A stretch of DNA of 64,000 bases from an uncultured Thalassospiraceae bacterium (GCA_965368165.1 CBDULT010000004.1:90349-154348), one strand, 5' to 3'; counted from the first letter of the stretch, positions 31,487-40,935 are shown. The notes: generated by a model from the letters alone, not told the origin. Translations and numbers: made by a program.

Positions 31487-33061
31487 ATGCCTAAAGTATT
31501 GATTTCAGATAAAATGAGCCCCAAGGCTGAAGAAGTATTCAAAGCCCGTGGCCTCGAAGTAGATTATAAACCCGGCATGAGCCCGGAAGAACTTAAAGCC
31601 TGCATCGGCGAGTATGATGGCCTTGCCATTCGCTCCGCCACAAAGGCAACCGCCGAAATTTTTGCAGCCGCTGACAATTTAAAAGTAATTGGTCGCGCTG
31701 GTATCGGCACCGACAACATTGACAAAACAGCCGCCACTGCCCGTGGCGTTGTGGTTATGAATACCCCATTTGGTAACTCTATCACCACGGCTGAACATGC
31801 AATATCCATGATGATGGCTCTCTGCCGTCAAATTCCCCAAGCCAGCGAATCAACCCATGCCGGCAAATGGGAAAAGTCCAAATTTATGGGCATGGAAATC
31901 ATGGGCAAGACCCTTGGCGTTATTGGTGCTGGTAACATTGGGGCTGCCGTTTGTGAACGGGCTCAAGGTTTGAAAATGCGGGTAATTGCTTTTGACCCGT
32001 TCCTCTCTCCTGAACGCGCTCAGGATATTGGTGTTGAGAAAGTCGAACTAGACGAACTCTTTGCCCGTGCCGATGTGATTACCCTCCATACGCCACTGAC
32101 CGACAGTACCAAAAATATCATTGGTGCTGACGCGATGGATAAACTGAAAGACGGTGTGCGTATTGTTAACTGTGCGCGAGGCGGTTTGGTTGACGAAGAG
32201 GCCCTTAAAGAAGCTCTCGACAGTGGCAAGGTAGCTGGAGCGGCTCTTGATGTGTTTGCTCAGGAACCGGCTAAAGAGAACATCCTTTTCGGTCATCCAA
32301 ATGTTATCGCAACGCCTCACTTAGGGGCGTCAACTTCTGAAGCTCAGGTTAATGTTGCCATTCAGGTTGCTGAACAAATTTCAGATTACTTGTTGGACGG
32401 TGCCGTAACTAATGCTTTGAACATGCCTTCCGTAAGTGCAGAGGATGCCCCTAAGCTGGCACCTTATATGCTACTGGCTGAGCAAGTTGGTAGCCTCGCG
32501 GGGCAAATTACGCAATCTGGTATCAAGAAAGTTGAAATTGAATACCAAGGTGATGTTGCCGAAGTTAATACCAAGCCTCTTTCTGCCATCGTCCTCAAAG
32601 GGTTGCTAAGCCCGATGATGGAGGGGGTAAATATGGTGAGTGCTCCGGCTGTTGCCAAAGAGCGGGATATTGATATTTCAGAAGTAACCCGTGAAAAAAG
32701 TGAAGAGTACCACACCTTAATCAAGCTCACTGTGACCACAGAAGCGCAAACGCGTAGTGTTTCAGGAACGCTTTTCGCTGGTAAGCCTCGGATTGTCGAA
32801 CTCAACGGTATTGCCGTTGAAGTAGAAATCGGGGCCCATATGCTTTTCCTCACCAATGAAGATAAGCCCGGTCTTATAGGTCAATTGGGGCAAACTCTTG
32901 GTGAGAATGGTGTTAATATTGCCACCTTCCATTTGGGCCGTTCTCGTGAAGGCGGTGAAGCATTAGCCCTCATTCAGGTTGATGAAGCCGTTAGTGCCGA
33001 AGTTCTGGAAAAAGTAAAGGCTCTGCCTTTGGTTGTTCGGGCGGAAGCCTTGAGCTTCTAA
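31487..33061 (+). CDS. serA: D-3-phosphoglycerate dehydrogenase (long form with ASB and ACT domains)
   Basis: MPKVLISDK..., NAD fold GVIGAGNIGAAV, catalytic region ..TPHLGAST.EAQ, C-terminal ACT domain. 524 aa. Confidence 0.96.
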   Translation: MPKVLISDKMSPKAEEVFKARGLEVDYKPGMSPEELKACIGEYDGLAIRSATKATAEIFAAADNLKVIGRAGIGTDNIDKTAATARGVVVMNTPFGNSITTAEHAISMMMALCRQIPQASESTHAGKWEKSKFMGMEIMGKTLGVIGAGNIGAAVCERAQGLKMRVIAFDPFLSPERAQDIGVEKVELDELFARADVITLHTPLTDSTKNIIGADAMDKLKDGVRIVNCARGGLVDEEALKEALDSGKVAGAALDVFAQEPAKENILFGHPNVIATPHLGASTSEAQVNVAIQVAEQISDYLLDGAVTNALNMPSVSAEDAPKLAPYMLLAEQVGSLAGQITQSGIKKVEIEYQGDVAEVNTKPLSAIVLKGLLSPMMEGVNMVSAPAVAKERDIDISEVTREKSEEYHTLIKLTVTTEAQTRSVSGTLFAGKPRIVELNGIAVEVEIGAHMLFLTNEDKPGLIGQLGQTLGENGVNIATFHLGRSREGGEALALIQVDEAVSAEVLEKVKALPLVVRAEALSF

Positions 33062-33286
33062 CCCAGAATTACAAAACCCAATAAGGAAGGGCCGCTCACA
33101 TGGGCGGCCCTTTTTTTGTCTTAGCGTAGAATTAAGCCACAAGGCATGCAGAATGCCGGGCACCCAAAAGAAGATGCAGAGGACAATATTAATCAACAAA
33201 TCTTTGCCTACCCCCATACGGAGAAAGACTGATAGGGGAGGGAGCAAGAGTGCAATTATAATTTGAACTAGTTTACCAGCGTCCAT
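32963..33286 (-). CDS. Pmp3/YqaE-family small hydrophobic protein with an anomalous ~50-aa C-terminal extension
   Basis: MDAGKLVQIIIALLLPPLSVFLRMGVGKDLLINIVLCIFFWVPGILHALW matches the two-helix Pmp3 pattern (..LPP.GV....G......N..L....W.PG..HA.W). RBS AAAGGAAAA. The ORF has no stop until 32963, which is inside serA on the opposite strand. Confidence 0.6.
   Translation of the reverse strand: MDAGKLVQIIIALLLPPLSVFLRMGVGKDLLINIVLCIFFWVPGILHALWLNSTLRQKKGRPCERPFLIGFCNSGLEAQGFRPNNQRQSLYFFQNFGTNGFINLNEG
33088..33117 (+). terminator. Rho-independent terminator after serA
   Basis: AGGGCCGC, an 8-nt loop, GCGGCCCT, then TTTTTT. Confidence 0.85.
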
Positions 33287-33820
33287 TAGGGTTTTCCTTT
33301 GTTTAAATTCGAAGGTGCAGATTGATAGAGGCGAGAGGGCTTGGTCAAGGTCATATAAAAATAAGCTCAACTTATTAACCTATAGCGTGTAATTGATTGA
33401 AAAACCTCACTGAACTAGAGATTAATCAGCACTGTATTATCGGGTACAGCCCTTTCACCTTTATTCTTTTCAGCAATCAAACAGCCTCCGGTTGATGACG
33501 TAACTCTGGTGTACTGTCAGCATCAAGGAGGTTCGCTACTTTGGAAAAAGTTTACACTTTCGGGTAGTTTTTTAAAAATACTATTGTTTTTCTCCTGCAA
33601 AAGGGTGCTTAATGTTGGTTCGACTTTCGAATGGTGTAACCTCGTCCGAGGTTGTGCAAGGGAGGTATCGAGGAAGTTCCCAAAATAGGAAGCTCTTCGA
33701 CTAAATAAAATTGATCGCTGTTTCTTGAGAGTTATAGAGAATCTAGCTGTGTTTTTATTTACCAACGCAACACCTTCGTAGAAAAAAATATTTTGAGATA
33801 TAGTGAAACGGGGAGTACCG

Positions 33821-34300
33821 ATGCAAAAATCACTTAATATCGATCCCGGCAAATGCACCGCCTGTAAGCAGTGTGAAATGGCCTGTTCATATGCAGAAAG
33901 CGGAACCTTCAATCCGTCCAAATCGCGCATTAAAGTTTTTGTCTTTGATGAGCAGGCGCGCTTTGTTCCTTACACCTGCACCCAATGTGCGGATGCTTGG
34001 TGCCAAAAAGCTTGCCCGGTAGATGCGATCAACGTTAACGGCGATACAGGTGCAAAAGTGGTCAATGCTGCTACATGCGTTGGCTGTAAAGTTTGTACCA
34101 TTGCCTGTCCATTTGGCACGGTGAATTACAACCAAGCGACTGGCAAGGTCTCCAAGTGTGACCTATGTGGCGGTAACCCAGCTTGTGTAACTGCCTGCCC
34201 AACAGGGGCAATCACCTATACCGACGCTGATGCAACCGGTCTCTCACGAGCAGAGGCATGGGCAGCAAAAACCGATAGCGGCGCTCAGGCGCAGGCATAA
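33821..34300 (+). CDS. aorA: Poly-ferredoxin subunit, four [4Fe-4S]-type cysteine motifs (AorA-like)
   Basis: CTACKQCEMAC, CTQCADAWCQKACP, CVGCKVCTIACP and CDLCGGNPACVTACP. ATG 33821 with a GGGGAG RBS is preferred over GTG 33803. Confidence 0.85.
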   Translation: MQKSLNIDPGKCTACKQCEMACSYAESGTFNPSKSRIKVFVFDEQARFVPYTCTQCADAWCQKACPVDAINVNGDTGAKVVNAATCVGCKVCTIACPFGTVNYNQATGKVSKCDLCGGNPACVTACPTGAITYTDADATGLSRAEAWAAKTDSGAQAQA

Positions 34301-34318
34301 GCTAAGGAGTTTTAGAAC

Positions 34319-36169
34319 ATGGCATGGGCTAAAAAAGTATTACGTGTGAACCTGAACACGGGTTCCTGCACGAGTGAGCCGCTCAACATGGAGTGGGCCG
34401 CAAAGTATCTTGGTGGGCGTGGGCTTGCCAGTAAGTACTTGTCTGAAGAGATTGATCCAAAGTGCGATGCTTTGGGCGCAGACAACAAATTAATCATGAC
34501 CACTGGTCCTATGACCGGAACGGCTGCTTCGACAGCAGGTCGTTACATGGTTGTGACCAAAAGTCCTTTAACCGGGGCAATTGCTTGCTCCAACTCCGGC
34601 GGTTATTTCGGTAATGAGTTGAAGAACGCTGGTTGGGATATGATTATTTTAGAAGGTAAATCCGACAAACCGGTTTACCTGAGTGTGAACAACGACCAGG
34701 CAGAACTTTGTGATGCGTCCCACTTGTGGGGCACCTCCACCTGGCATACGGAAGATGCGATCAAGGAAGCTTTGCAGGACCCGCAAGTGCGGGTGGCTGG
34801 CATTGGTGTTGCTGGTGAAACTGGCAACTTGTACGCGTGTGTGGTTAATGATCGTCACCGGGCAGCCGGGCGTTCTGGCGTTGGTACGGTTATGGGGTCT
34901 AAAAACCTCAAAGCTGTGGCTATTCGCGGCACTAAAGGTGTTCCTGTGGCGAACCCAGAAGCTTTCTTCGGCGCGGTTGCTGCTGGTAAGGCTGTTTTGG
35001 CTGAGAACCCTGTGACGGGTGCTGGTTTGCCGACCTATGGTACCCAGGTTCTGATGAACGTGATCAACGAGTCTGGCGCGCTACCAACCCGTAATGCCAA
35101 TGACGTGCAGTTTGAAAACGCCAACGACATTGGCGGCGAAGCCATGCACGAAAAACGGGCGGACGGTTCCACCAACTTGGTGTCAAATCAGGCTTGTTTT
35201 GGCTGCACCATTGCTTGTGGCCGTGTCTCCAAGATTGACCGAGGTCACTTCTCCATTCAAGGCGAAGGCAAAGAACAGTACCAAGGTGCTTCTGGCGGTC
35301 TTGAGTATGAAAATGCCTGGGCTCTCGGTGCTGCAACTGGGGTTGGTGACCTGGAAGCTTTGACCTTCTGTGGCTTCTTGTGCAACGAACAAGGCATGGA
35401 CCCGATCTCCTTTGGAGCCACCGTTGGCGCCGCCATGGACTTGGTTGCCAATGGAAAGGTTCCTGCGGCTGATCTTGAGGGCATCACCTTGCGCTTTGGT
35501 TCGGCTGAAGATTTGGTGAAAATCACCGAATTGACCGCTTTGGGCCAAGGTTTTGGTAAAGAAGTGGGCCAAGGTTCTCGTCGTCTTTGTGATAAGTATG
35601 GCGACCCTGACCTGTCGATGACGGTTAAAAGCCAGGAATTCCCGGCTTATGACCCACGGGGTATTCAAGGCATGGGCTTGACCTATGCCACCTCCAACCG
35701 GGGGGCTTGTCACCTTCGCAGCTACACGGTGAGTTCAGAAATCTTGGGTGTTCCTGAGAAGACTGATCCGTTGGCTACCGAAGGAAAAGCGGGTCTGGTT
35801 ATGGCCTTCCAAGATGCCACTGCGGCAGTTGATGCGGCGGGTCTTTGCATCTTCACCACCTTTGCCTGGTCCATGGAAGATATTGCCCCACAAGTGGACG
35901 CGGCTTGTGAAGGTGACTGGTCTGTGGATAACATGATGGTGACCGGTGCTCGGATTTGGAACCTGGAACGTCAGTTTAATCTGGCGGCTGGTTTAACTGC
36001 CAAAGACGACAGGCTCCCTAAACGTCTGCTTACTGAAGCTGCAAAAACCGGCCCGGCAAAGGGCATGGTCGCTAAGCTGGGTGAAATGCTGCCTGAATAC
36101 TATCAGCTTCGGGGCTGGACAGCAGAAGGCGTCCCAACAAATGAGACTCTCAATAATCTAGCTCTCTAG
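34319..36169 (+). CDS. aorB: Aldehyde:ferredoxin oxidoreductase family tungsto/molybdopterin catalytic subunit (AorB-like)
   Basis: N-terminal K.LRVNL......E.......YLGGRGL, typical of the AOR family. CxxCxxxC cluster motif (ACFGCTIAC). 616 aa. TAAGGAG RBS. Confidence 0.9.
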   Translation: MAWAKKVLRVNLNTGSCTSEPLNMEWAAKYLGGRGLASKYLSEEIDPKCDALGADNKLIMTTGPMTGTAASTAGRYMVVTKSPLTGAIACSNSGGYFGNELKNAGWDMIILEGKSDKPVYLSVNNDQAELCDASHLWGTSTWHTEDAIKEALQDPQVRVAGIGVAGETGNLYACVVNDRHRAAGRSGVGTVMGSKNLKAVAIRGTKGVPVANPEAFFGAVAAGKAVLAENPVTGAGLPTYGTQVLMNVINESGALPTRNANDVQFENANDIGGEAMHEKRADGSTNLVSNQACFGCTIACGRVSKIDRGHFSIQGEGKEQYQGASGGLEYENAWALGAATGVGDLEALTFCGFLCNEQGMDPISFGATVGAAMDLVANGKVPAADLEGITLRFGSAEDLVKITELTALGQGFGKEVGQGSRRLCDKYGDPDLSMTVKSQEFPAYDPRGIQGMGLTYATSNRGACHLRSYTVSSEILGVPEKTDPLATEGKAGLVMAFQDATAAVDAAGLCIFTTFAWSMEDIAPQVDAACEGDWSVDNMMVTGARIWNLERQFNLAAGLTAKDDRLPKRLLTEAAKTGPAKGMVAKLGEMLPEYYQLRGWTAEGVPTNETLNNLAL

Positions 36170-36198
36170 GATTTTATTGAAGTTTCTACTCTTGGATT

Positions 36199-36250
36199 AA
36201 GCCCCTTCTTTCCCTATTTATCCAGGGTGGGGAGGGGCTTTCCTTCTTTA
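36199..36250 (+). other. Intercistronic stem-loop between aorB and aorC
   Basis: AAGCCCCT...AGGGGCTT (8 bp) encloses a CCCT/AGGG sub-stem and is followed by a T-rich tail (TCCTTCTTTAT). It could be an mRNA-stability or attenuation element. Confidence 0.35.
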
Positions 36251-36278
36251 TCGGCTTATTCCTGGGAGGGTGTAGCTT

Positions 36279-37538
36279 ATGAATTATGTGATTATTGGTG
36301 CGGGACCGGCGGGTGTCGTTGCGGCTGAAAATCTACGGAACTCCGATCCTGATGGCAAAATAACGTTAATTGGCGAAGAAGGTTTTGCGCCTTATTCCCG
36401 CATGGCTATTCCTTACTATTTGATTGGGAATATTGATGCTGCAGGAACTTATCTACGCAAGAGCGAAAATCATTATGCCAATAAAGGGATTGAGGTTGTT
36501 CAGGCGAGAGTAACGAGAGTTTCCAGTGGCGATAAATCAGTTTCCTTGGATAATGGAACATCTGTTTCTTACGATAAGCTTCTCATTGCGACAGGCTCCC
36601 ACCCAATCAAGCCCCCCTTAGAAGGGTTGGACCAAGAAGGGGTTCACCATTGCTGGACCCTGGAAGATGCCAAAAACATCATTGAACTTGCCCATGAAGG
36701 GGCCGATGTGGTTTTGATGGGAGCCGGGTTCATTGGATGTATCATTCTTGAAGCCTTGGCCTTGCGGAAAGTTAATCTGACCGTGGTAGAAATGGGGGAT
36801 CGTATGGTCCCGCGCATGATGGACGAAACCGCAGGCGGCATGCTTAAACGCTGGTGTGAGACCAAAGGGGTTACCGTGCATACAGGAACACGGGTCACCA
36901 AGCTGGAGTCTTCTGGGCGTTCAGATGAAGATAACCTGTTGGTTGACTTGGAAAATGGGCAACAAATTCCGGCTCATTTGGTGGTCGTCGCCACAGGTGT
37001 AAAGTCAAATATGAGTTTCCTTGAAGGCAGCGGTGTTGAAACTGACCAGGGAATACTTGTTGATGAATACCTGCGTACCAATATTGAAGGCATTTATGCT
37101 GCTGGCGATGTAGCGCAAGGTCCAGACTTCTCAACCAAGGGGCGTTCTGTTCACGCTATCCAGCCTACTTCTGCTGACCATGGGCGCATTGCGGCTCTCA
37201 ACATGGCGGGTGTTCAAGCACCATACAATGGCAGTTTGAGCATGAATGTGTTGGATACCATTGGCTTAATCTCCTGCTCATTCGGGCAGTGGCAAGGGGC
37301 CGATGGTGGGGAGAGTGCATCAGCCGTTGATGAGGAAAACTACAAATACATTAAGCTTCAGTTTGATAAGGATAAGTTGGTGGGAGCCATTATCGTTGGA
37401 CGCACAGACCATATTGGGGCTTTGCGGGGCTTGATCCAGTCAGAAATCACTTTAGGGGACTGGAAAGATAAACTGATGGCTGATCCCCATCAGATCATGG
37501 ATGCTTGGGTCGCCAAAGGGAGCGGGCTAGCCCTATAA
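36279..37538 (+). CDS. aorC: FAD-dependent pyridine nucleotide-disulfide oxidoreductase family subunit (AorC-like)
   Basis: Two dinucleotide folds, IIGAGPAGVVAA and LMGAGFIGCI, plus a late AAGDVA motif. 419 aa. Confidence 0.85.
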   Translation: MNYVIIGAGPAGVVAAENLRNSDPDGKITLIGEEGFAPYSRMAIPYYLIGNIDAAGTYLRKSENHYANKGIEVVQARVTRVSSGDKSVSLDNGTSVSYDKLLIATGSHPIKPPLEGLDQEGVHHCWTLEDAKNIIELAHEGADVVLMGAGFIGCIILEALALRKVNLTVVEMGDRMVPRMMDETAGGMLKRWCETKGVTVHTGTRVTKLESSGRSDEDNLLVDLENGQQIPAHLVVVATGVKSNMSFLEGSGVETDQGILVDEYLRTNIEGIYAAGDVAQGPDFSTKGRSVHAIQPTSADHGRIAALNMAGVQAPYNGSLSMNVLDTIGLISCSFGQWQGADGGESASAVDEENYKYIKLQFDKDKLVGAIIVGRTDHIGALRGLIQSEITLGDWKDKLMADPHQIMDAWVAKGSGLAL

Positions 37539-37548
37539 GGATGGATGA

Positions 37549-37800
37549 ATGAAAATAACTTTTAAACTTTTTGCTCTTCTGGGGGACTACCTCCCAGAAG
37601 GGGCAAAGAAAAACCAAATTGATCTTGACGTTGATGAAGGGTCTACCCCCATGGACCTCATTACTGCTAACAACCTTCCCCTTGAATTCTGTCATTTGGT
37701 TTTGGTTAACGGGACATATATAGAGCCGAGCGCAAGAGCCTCCCATGTTCTTGTCGAAGGGGATGATCTCGCAATCTGGCCTCCCGTAGCGGGGGGGTGA
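37549..37800 (+). CDS. MoaD/ThiS-like ubiquitin-fold sulfur-carrier protein
   Basis: 83 aa, ending ..GDDLAIWPPVAGG. The C-terminal Gly-Gly is characteristic of MoaD/ThiS. Confidence 0.8.
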   Translation: MKITFKLFALLGDYLPEGAKKNQIDLDVDEGSTPMDLITANNLPLEFCHLVLVNGTYIEPSARASHVLVEGDDLAIWPPVAGG

Positions 37801-37804
37801 ATAT

Positions 37805-38113
37805 TTGGAAGATATTACCCTCGCCATCAACATGGGATTCACTCACCCCGAGTTTAAACGGCTTCTGCCAAAGGCATTACGGAGTGAAAACTTCACAGTC
37901 ACTACGGTAGGGGACAAGCTAAAGGTAGCCCATAATCTTGAAGGTGGAAAATCTATTCAAATAGATGTTTCTGCGGTTATGATCCGCCAAATAACCCCCT
38001 TAGTCGGGGTTTCCAATGTGGATGTGGTTTTTACCTTTTCCGGTTATTCCCAGGCCGAGTATGAAGAAAAAATACACCTCATCCGGCGCGGCTTCCAAAA
38101 AGGTGGCGGCTAG
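37805..38113 (+). CDS. Hypothetical protein (102 aa), last gene of the aor cluster
   Basis: TTG start 4 nt after the MoaD-like stop (an alternative ATG is at 37832). No known motif. Ends ..RRGFQKGGG. Confidence 0.45.
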   Translation: MEDITLAINMGFTHPEFKRLLPKALRSENFTVTTVGDKLKVAHNLEGGKSIQIDVSAVMIRQITPLVGVSNVDVVFTFSGYSQAEYEEKIHLIRRGFQKGGG

Positions 38114-38125
38114 AGCCTTTCAAAA

Positions 38126-39496
38126 TTATTCGTCAACGTAGGGATTTTTCCTTTTGCGCATTTCAAGGCGCAAGGGGACACCCGGCAGTTTGAAATCATC
38201 CCGCAAAGCATTCATCAAATAGCGAATATATGAATCCGGCATATCGACAGGTTTGCTGACGAATAAGATGAAGGTGGGGGGACGAGTTTTCGCTTGGGTC
38301 ATGTAACGAATTTTAAGGCGACGACCCGCGACCAAGGGAGGCGGGTGAGCTTCGGTCATCATTTCGAGCCAATCGTTAAGCTTGGCTGTCGGTATCCGTT
38401 GATTCCATATATCGTAAGCTCGCATGACTGCAGGCAGGAGCTTGTCTGTGCTGCGCCCTGTGAGAGCTGATAAAGTAACAATGGGAATGCCTTTAACCTG
38501 GGGCAGGGATGTCATGAGGCGGTCTTTGAGTTTGCCAAGGGCCTCTTCACGGTTTTCAACTGCATCCCATTTATTCGCGGCAATAATCAAGGATCGGCCT
38601 TCGTTGATCACATTGCGCGCAATGGTCAAGTCTTGCTTTTCCAACATGTCGTTGGCATCCAACAATAAAACGACCACTTGGGCATAGCGGATCGAGCGCA
38701 TGGTATCTGCTGCTGACAGGTTTTCAAGTTTCGTTGTGATCTTGGACTTTCTTCTCAACCCTGCCGTATCGATCAGCTTAATTGGACGATTTTTGTACTC
38801 CCAATTCACCCCGATGGCATCGCGCGTTACCCCGGCTTCTGGGCCTGTAAGCATGCGTTCTTCGCCAATAAGGCGGTTGATCAATGTGGATTTACCTACA
38901 TTCGGGCGTCCGACAATAGCCAATTGAAGAGGTGCGTTTTCGTCATTCTCATCCTCAGCTTCTAGATTTTCCTCTAGAAGCTTTTCGTCTGCTGCTTTTA
39001 TTTCGTCATGGTAAGGTTGCAGGGCACTATAAAGATCGCTCATGCCTTCGCCATGTTCAGCAGAGATTGGCAGAGGGTCGCCTAAGCCAAGCTTATAGCC
39101 TTCCAGGCGCCCCCCTTCTGCGGCAAAGCCTTCACACTTATTGGCGATCAATATAATCGGAATATCAACACCCCGGAGCCACTTAGCAAAATGTTGATCC
39201 AGAGGCATGACACCTGCACGGGCATCAATGACCAGCATGGCAACGTCAGCAATCTCAAGGGCCATATCGGTCTGTTCACGCATGCGCCCTTCCAGGCTGT
39301 CATCATAAGCGTCTTCAAGGCCCGCCGTGTCGATAATGGTAAAATCCAAATCGCCCAGGTGCGCTTCGCCCTCGCGGCGGTCACGGGTGACGCCGGGGGT
39401 ATCATCAACAATCGCAAGGCGCTTGCCCACCAATCTGTTGAATAAGGTTGATTTCCCGACGTTTGGTCGACCGAGAATAGCCACCGTGAAGGCCAT
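38126..39496 (-). CDS. der: Ribosome-biogenesis GTPase Der (EngA)
   Basis: Two tandem GTPase domains, each with [13 protein letters not shown] and NK.D motifs, plus a KH-like C-terminus. Confidence 0.96.
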   Translation of the reverse strand: MAFTVAILGRPNVGKSTLFNRLVGKRLAIVDDTPGVTRDRREGEAHLGDLDFTIIDTAGLEDAYDDSLEGRMREQTDMALEIADVAMLVIDARAGVMPLDQHFAKWLRGVDIPIILIANKCEGFAAEGGRLEGYKLGLGDPLPISAEHGEGMSDLYSALQPYHDEIKAADEKLLEENLEAEDENDENAPLQLAIVGRPNVGKSTLINRLIGEERMLTGPEAGVTRDAIGVNWEYKNRPIKLIDTAGLRRKSKITTKLENLSAADTMRSIRYAQVVVLLLDANDMLEKQDLTIARNVINEGRSLIIAANKWDAVENREEALGKLKDRLMTSLPQVKGIPIVTLSALTGRSTDKLLPAVMRAYDIWNQRIPTAKLNDWLEMMTEAHPPPLVAGRRLKIRYMTQAKTRPPTFILFVSKPVDMPDSYIRYLMNALRDDFKLPGVPLRLEMRKRKNPYVDE

Positions 39497-39565
39497 TGAA
39501 TGAATCCTAGTTATAGTGAAGGCCGCGCTTTTACTGCGTTCGCGACCTTAAGTAAAGCCCTGTGC

Positions 39566-40891
39566 TTACTTGAAAGCGACGAGGGAGGCGTCGTTTGCCA
39601 GGAAATAAACCGTTCTGTCGGCGACAACTGGGGGAATAGTCACTCCATCAGGCATTTCGACATACCCTAGCAAGCGTCCTGTATAAGGGGAAACCGCTAA
39701 GGCACGCCCATGAGACCCGCCAACCAAAAGACGATCACTGGTGAGGATTGGCCCGGTCCAGATAATCCGATCTTCCTGGTCTTCTATGTCTTCGTAGCGA
39801 GGGAGGCCTTTTACCCAGTAAATTTTGCCGTCTTTACGGGAAAGGCAGACCAATTCTGAATCGGTTGTTAAGACATAAACGTAATTACCAACCACCCAAG
39901 GGCTTTCAAGGCTGGCAATATCTTTCGCCCAAAGACGGCGACCTGTGCGTAAATCAATGGCAACCATTAACCCGCTTTGGCTGACAGCGAATACCCGTCC
40001 TCGGTCAATGACCGGACGACCGCGAATGTCCGCTAAGTTAGCGGCTCCATCAGACCGACGGACGGTTGCCAGGGAATCAGACCAGACTTGGCGACCATTT
40101 TCGACCTTAAGAGCGATTAGCTCACCAGATGAGAAGGGAACCACAACCACGCCTTGATCGACAGCAGGACTGCCGCTGCCAAGCATGGCGGCCATTTCAA
40201 ATATGCCTTCATAGTTCCAGAGTTCTTTCCCCGTGAAAGCACTCAAGGCGAAAAGCTTATTATCGGCTGTGGTGACAAAAACTCTGTTGCCGCGCACAGT
40301 TGGTGCCGCACGCATCGTGCCTTGAATTTCTTTCAGCCATATCTGTTTGCCAGTTTTGGCGTTTAAGGCATAAACATTGCCAAAGCCAGTAGATATATAG
40401 ACGTTGCCTTTGTCATAGGCGACACCACCCCCAAAGAAGTCATCATCTTCCTCGTCCACGGTTAAATCCTTGGACCAAATTTTATTCCCATCCGCTGCTT
40501 TCACGGCAGTAACTCTGTTGGCAGCGTCCATTGTAAAGACCATGCCATCGGCAACGACGGGTTGGGCAATTAGCTGTTCTTCATCATCGGTGCCTTCACC
40601 TATGTCAGTACGCCAAATCTTTTTGATGTTGTCGCTGACTTCCACATGATGCATGGCGTGGTTGGGGTAACCCCCTTCTTGAGGCCAGGCAATGTTCTTT
40701 GTTGGACGTGGGAGGAGAATACGGTGTCCGGCAAGGGTCGGGTCTGCGTTCAAAGTACGCTCATTGAGCAAAACCGAAATCCGCTCCCCGGGAAGGATCT
40801 TCTCTTTTTCACCGTACCATGAGTCACAAGCTGAAGCTGTTAAAACAAGTGTGACGGCAAAGGCTGCTTTTATCACCGTGTGTACTTTCAT
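39566..40891 (-). CDS. bamB: Outer-membrane assembly lipoprotein BamB (PQQ-like beta-propeller)
   Basis: Lipobox LTASAC. Repeated PQQ-like blades (..G.V.ALDA.TGK..W..). Conserved position between yfgM-like and der. Confidence 0.85.
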   Translation of the reverse strand: MKVHTVIKAAFAVTLVLTASACDSWYGEKEKILPGERISVLLNERTLNADPTLAGHRILLPRPTKNIAWPQEGGYPNHAMHHVEVSDNIKKIWRTDIGEGTDDEEQLIAQPVVADGMVFTMDAANRVTAVKAADGNKIWSKDLTVDEEDDDFFGGGVAYDKGNVYISTGFGNVYALNAKTGKQIWLKEIQGTMRAAPTVRGNRVFVTTADNKLFALSAFTGKELWNYEGIFEMAAMLGSGSPAVDQGVVVVPFSSGELIALKVENGRQVWSDSLATVRRSDGAANLADIRGRPVIDRGRVFAVSQSGLMVAIDLRTGRRLWAKDIASLESPWVVGNYVYVLTTDSELVCLSRKDGKIYWVKGLPRYEDIEDQEDRIIWTGPILTSDRLLVGGSHGRALAVSPYTGRLLGYVEMPDGVTIPPVVADRTVYFLANDASLVAFK

Positions 40892-40935
40892 GCTTATTCC
40901 CCCAATCCTGACTGATCCATAATCTATTATGGTCT

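Noticed and set aside
33523-33930. A 135-aa minus-strand ORF spanning the aor leader and the aorA start.
   Set aside because: It overlaps the strongly supported ferredoxin gene, lacks an RBS and has low-complexity, stop-avoiding composition typical of a chance ORF in an AT-rich leader.
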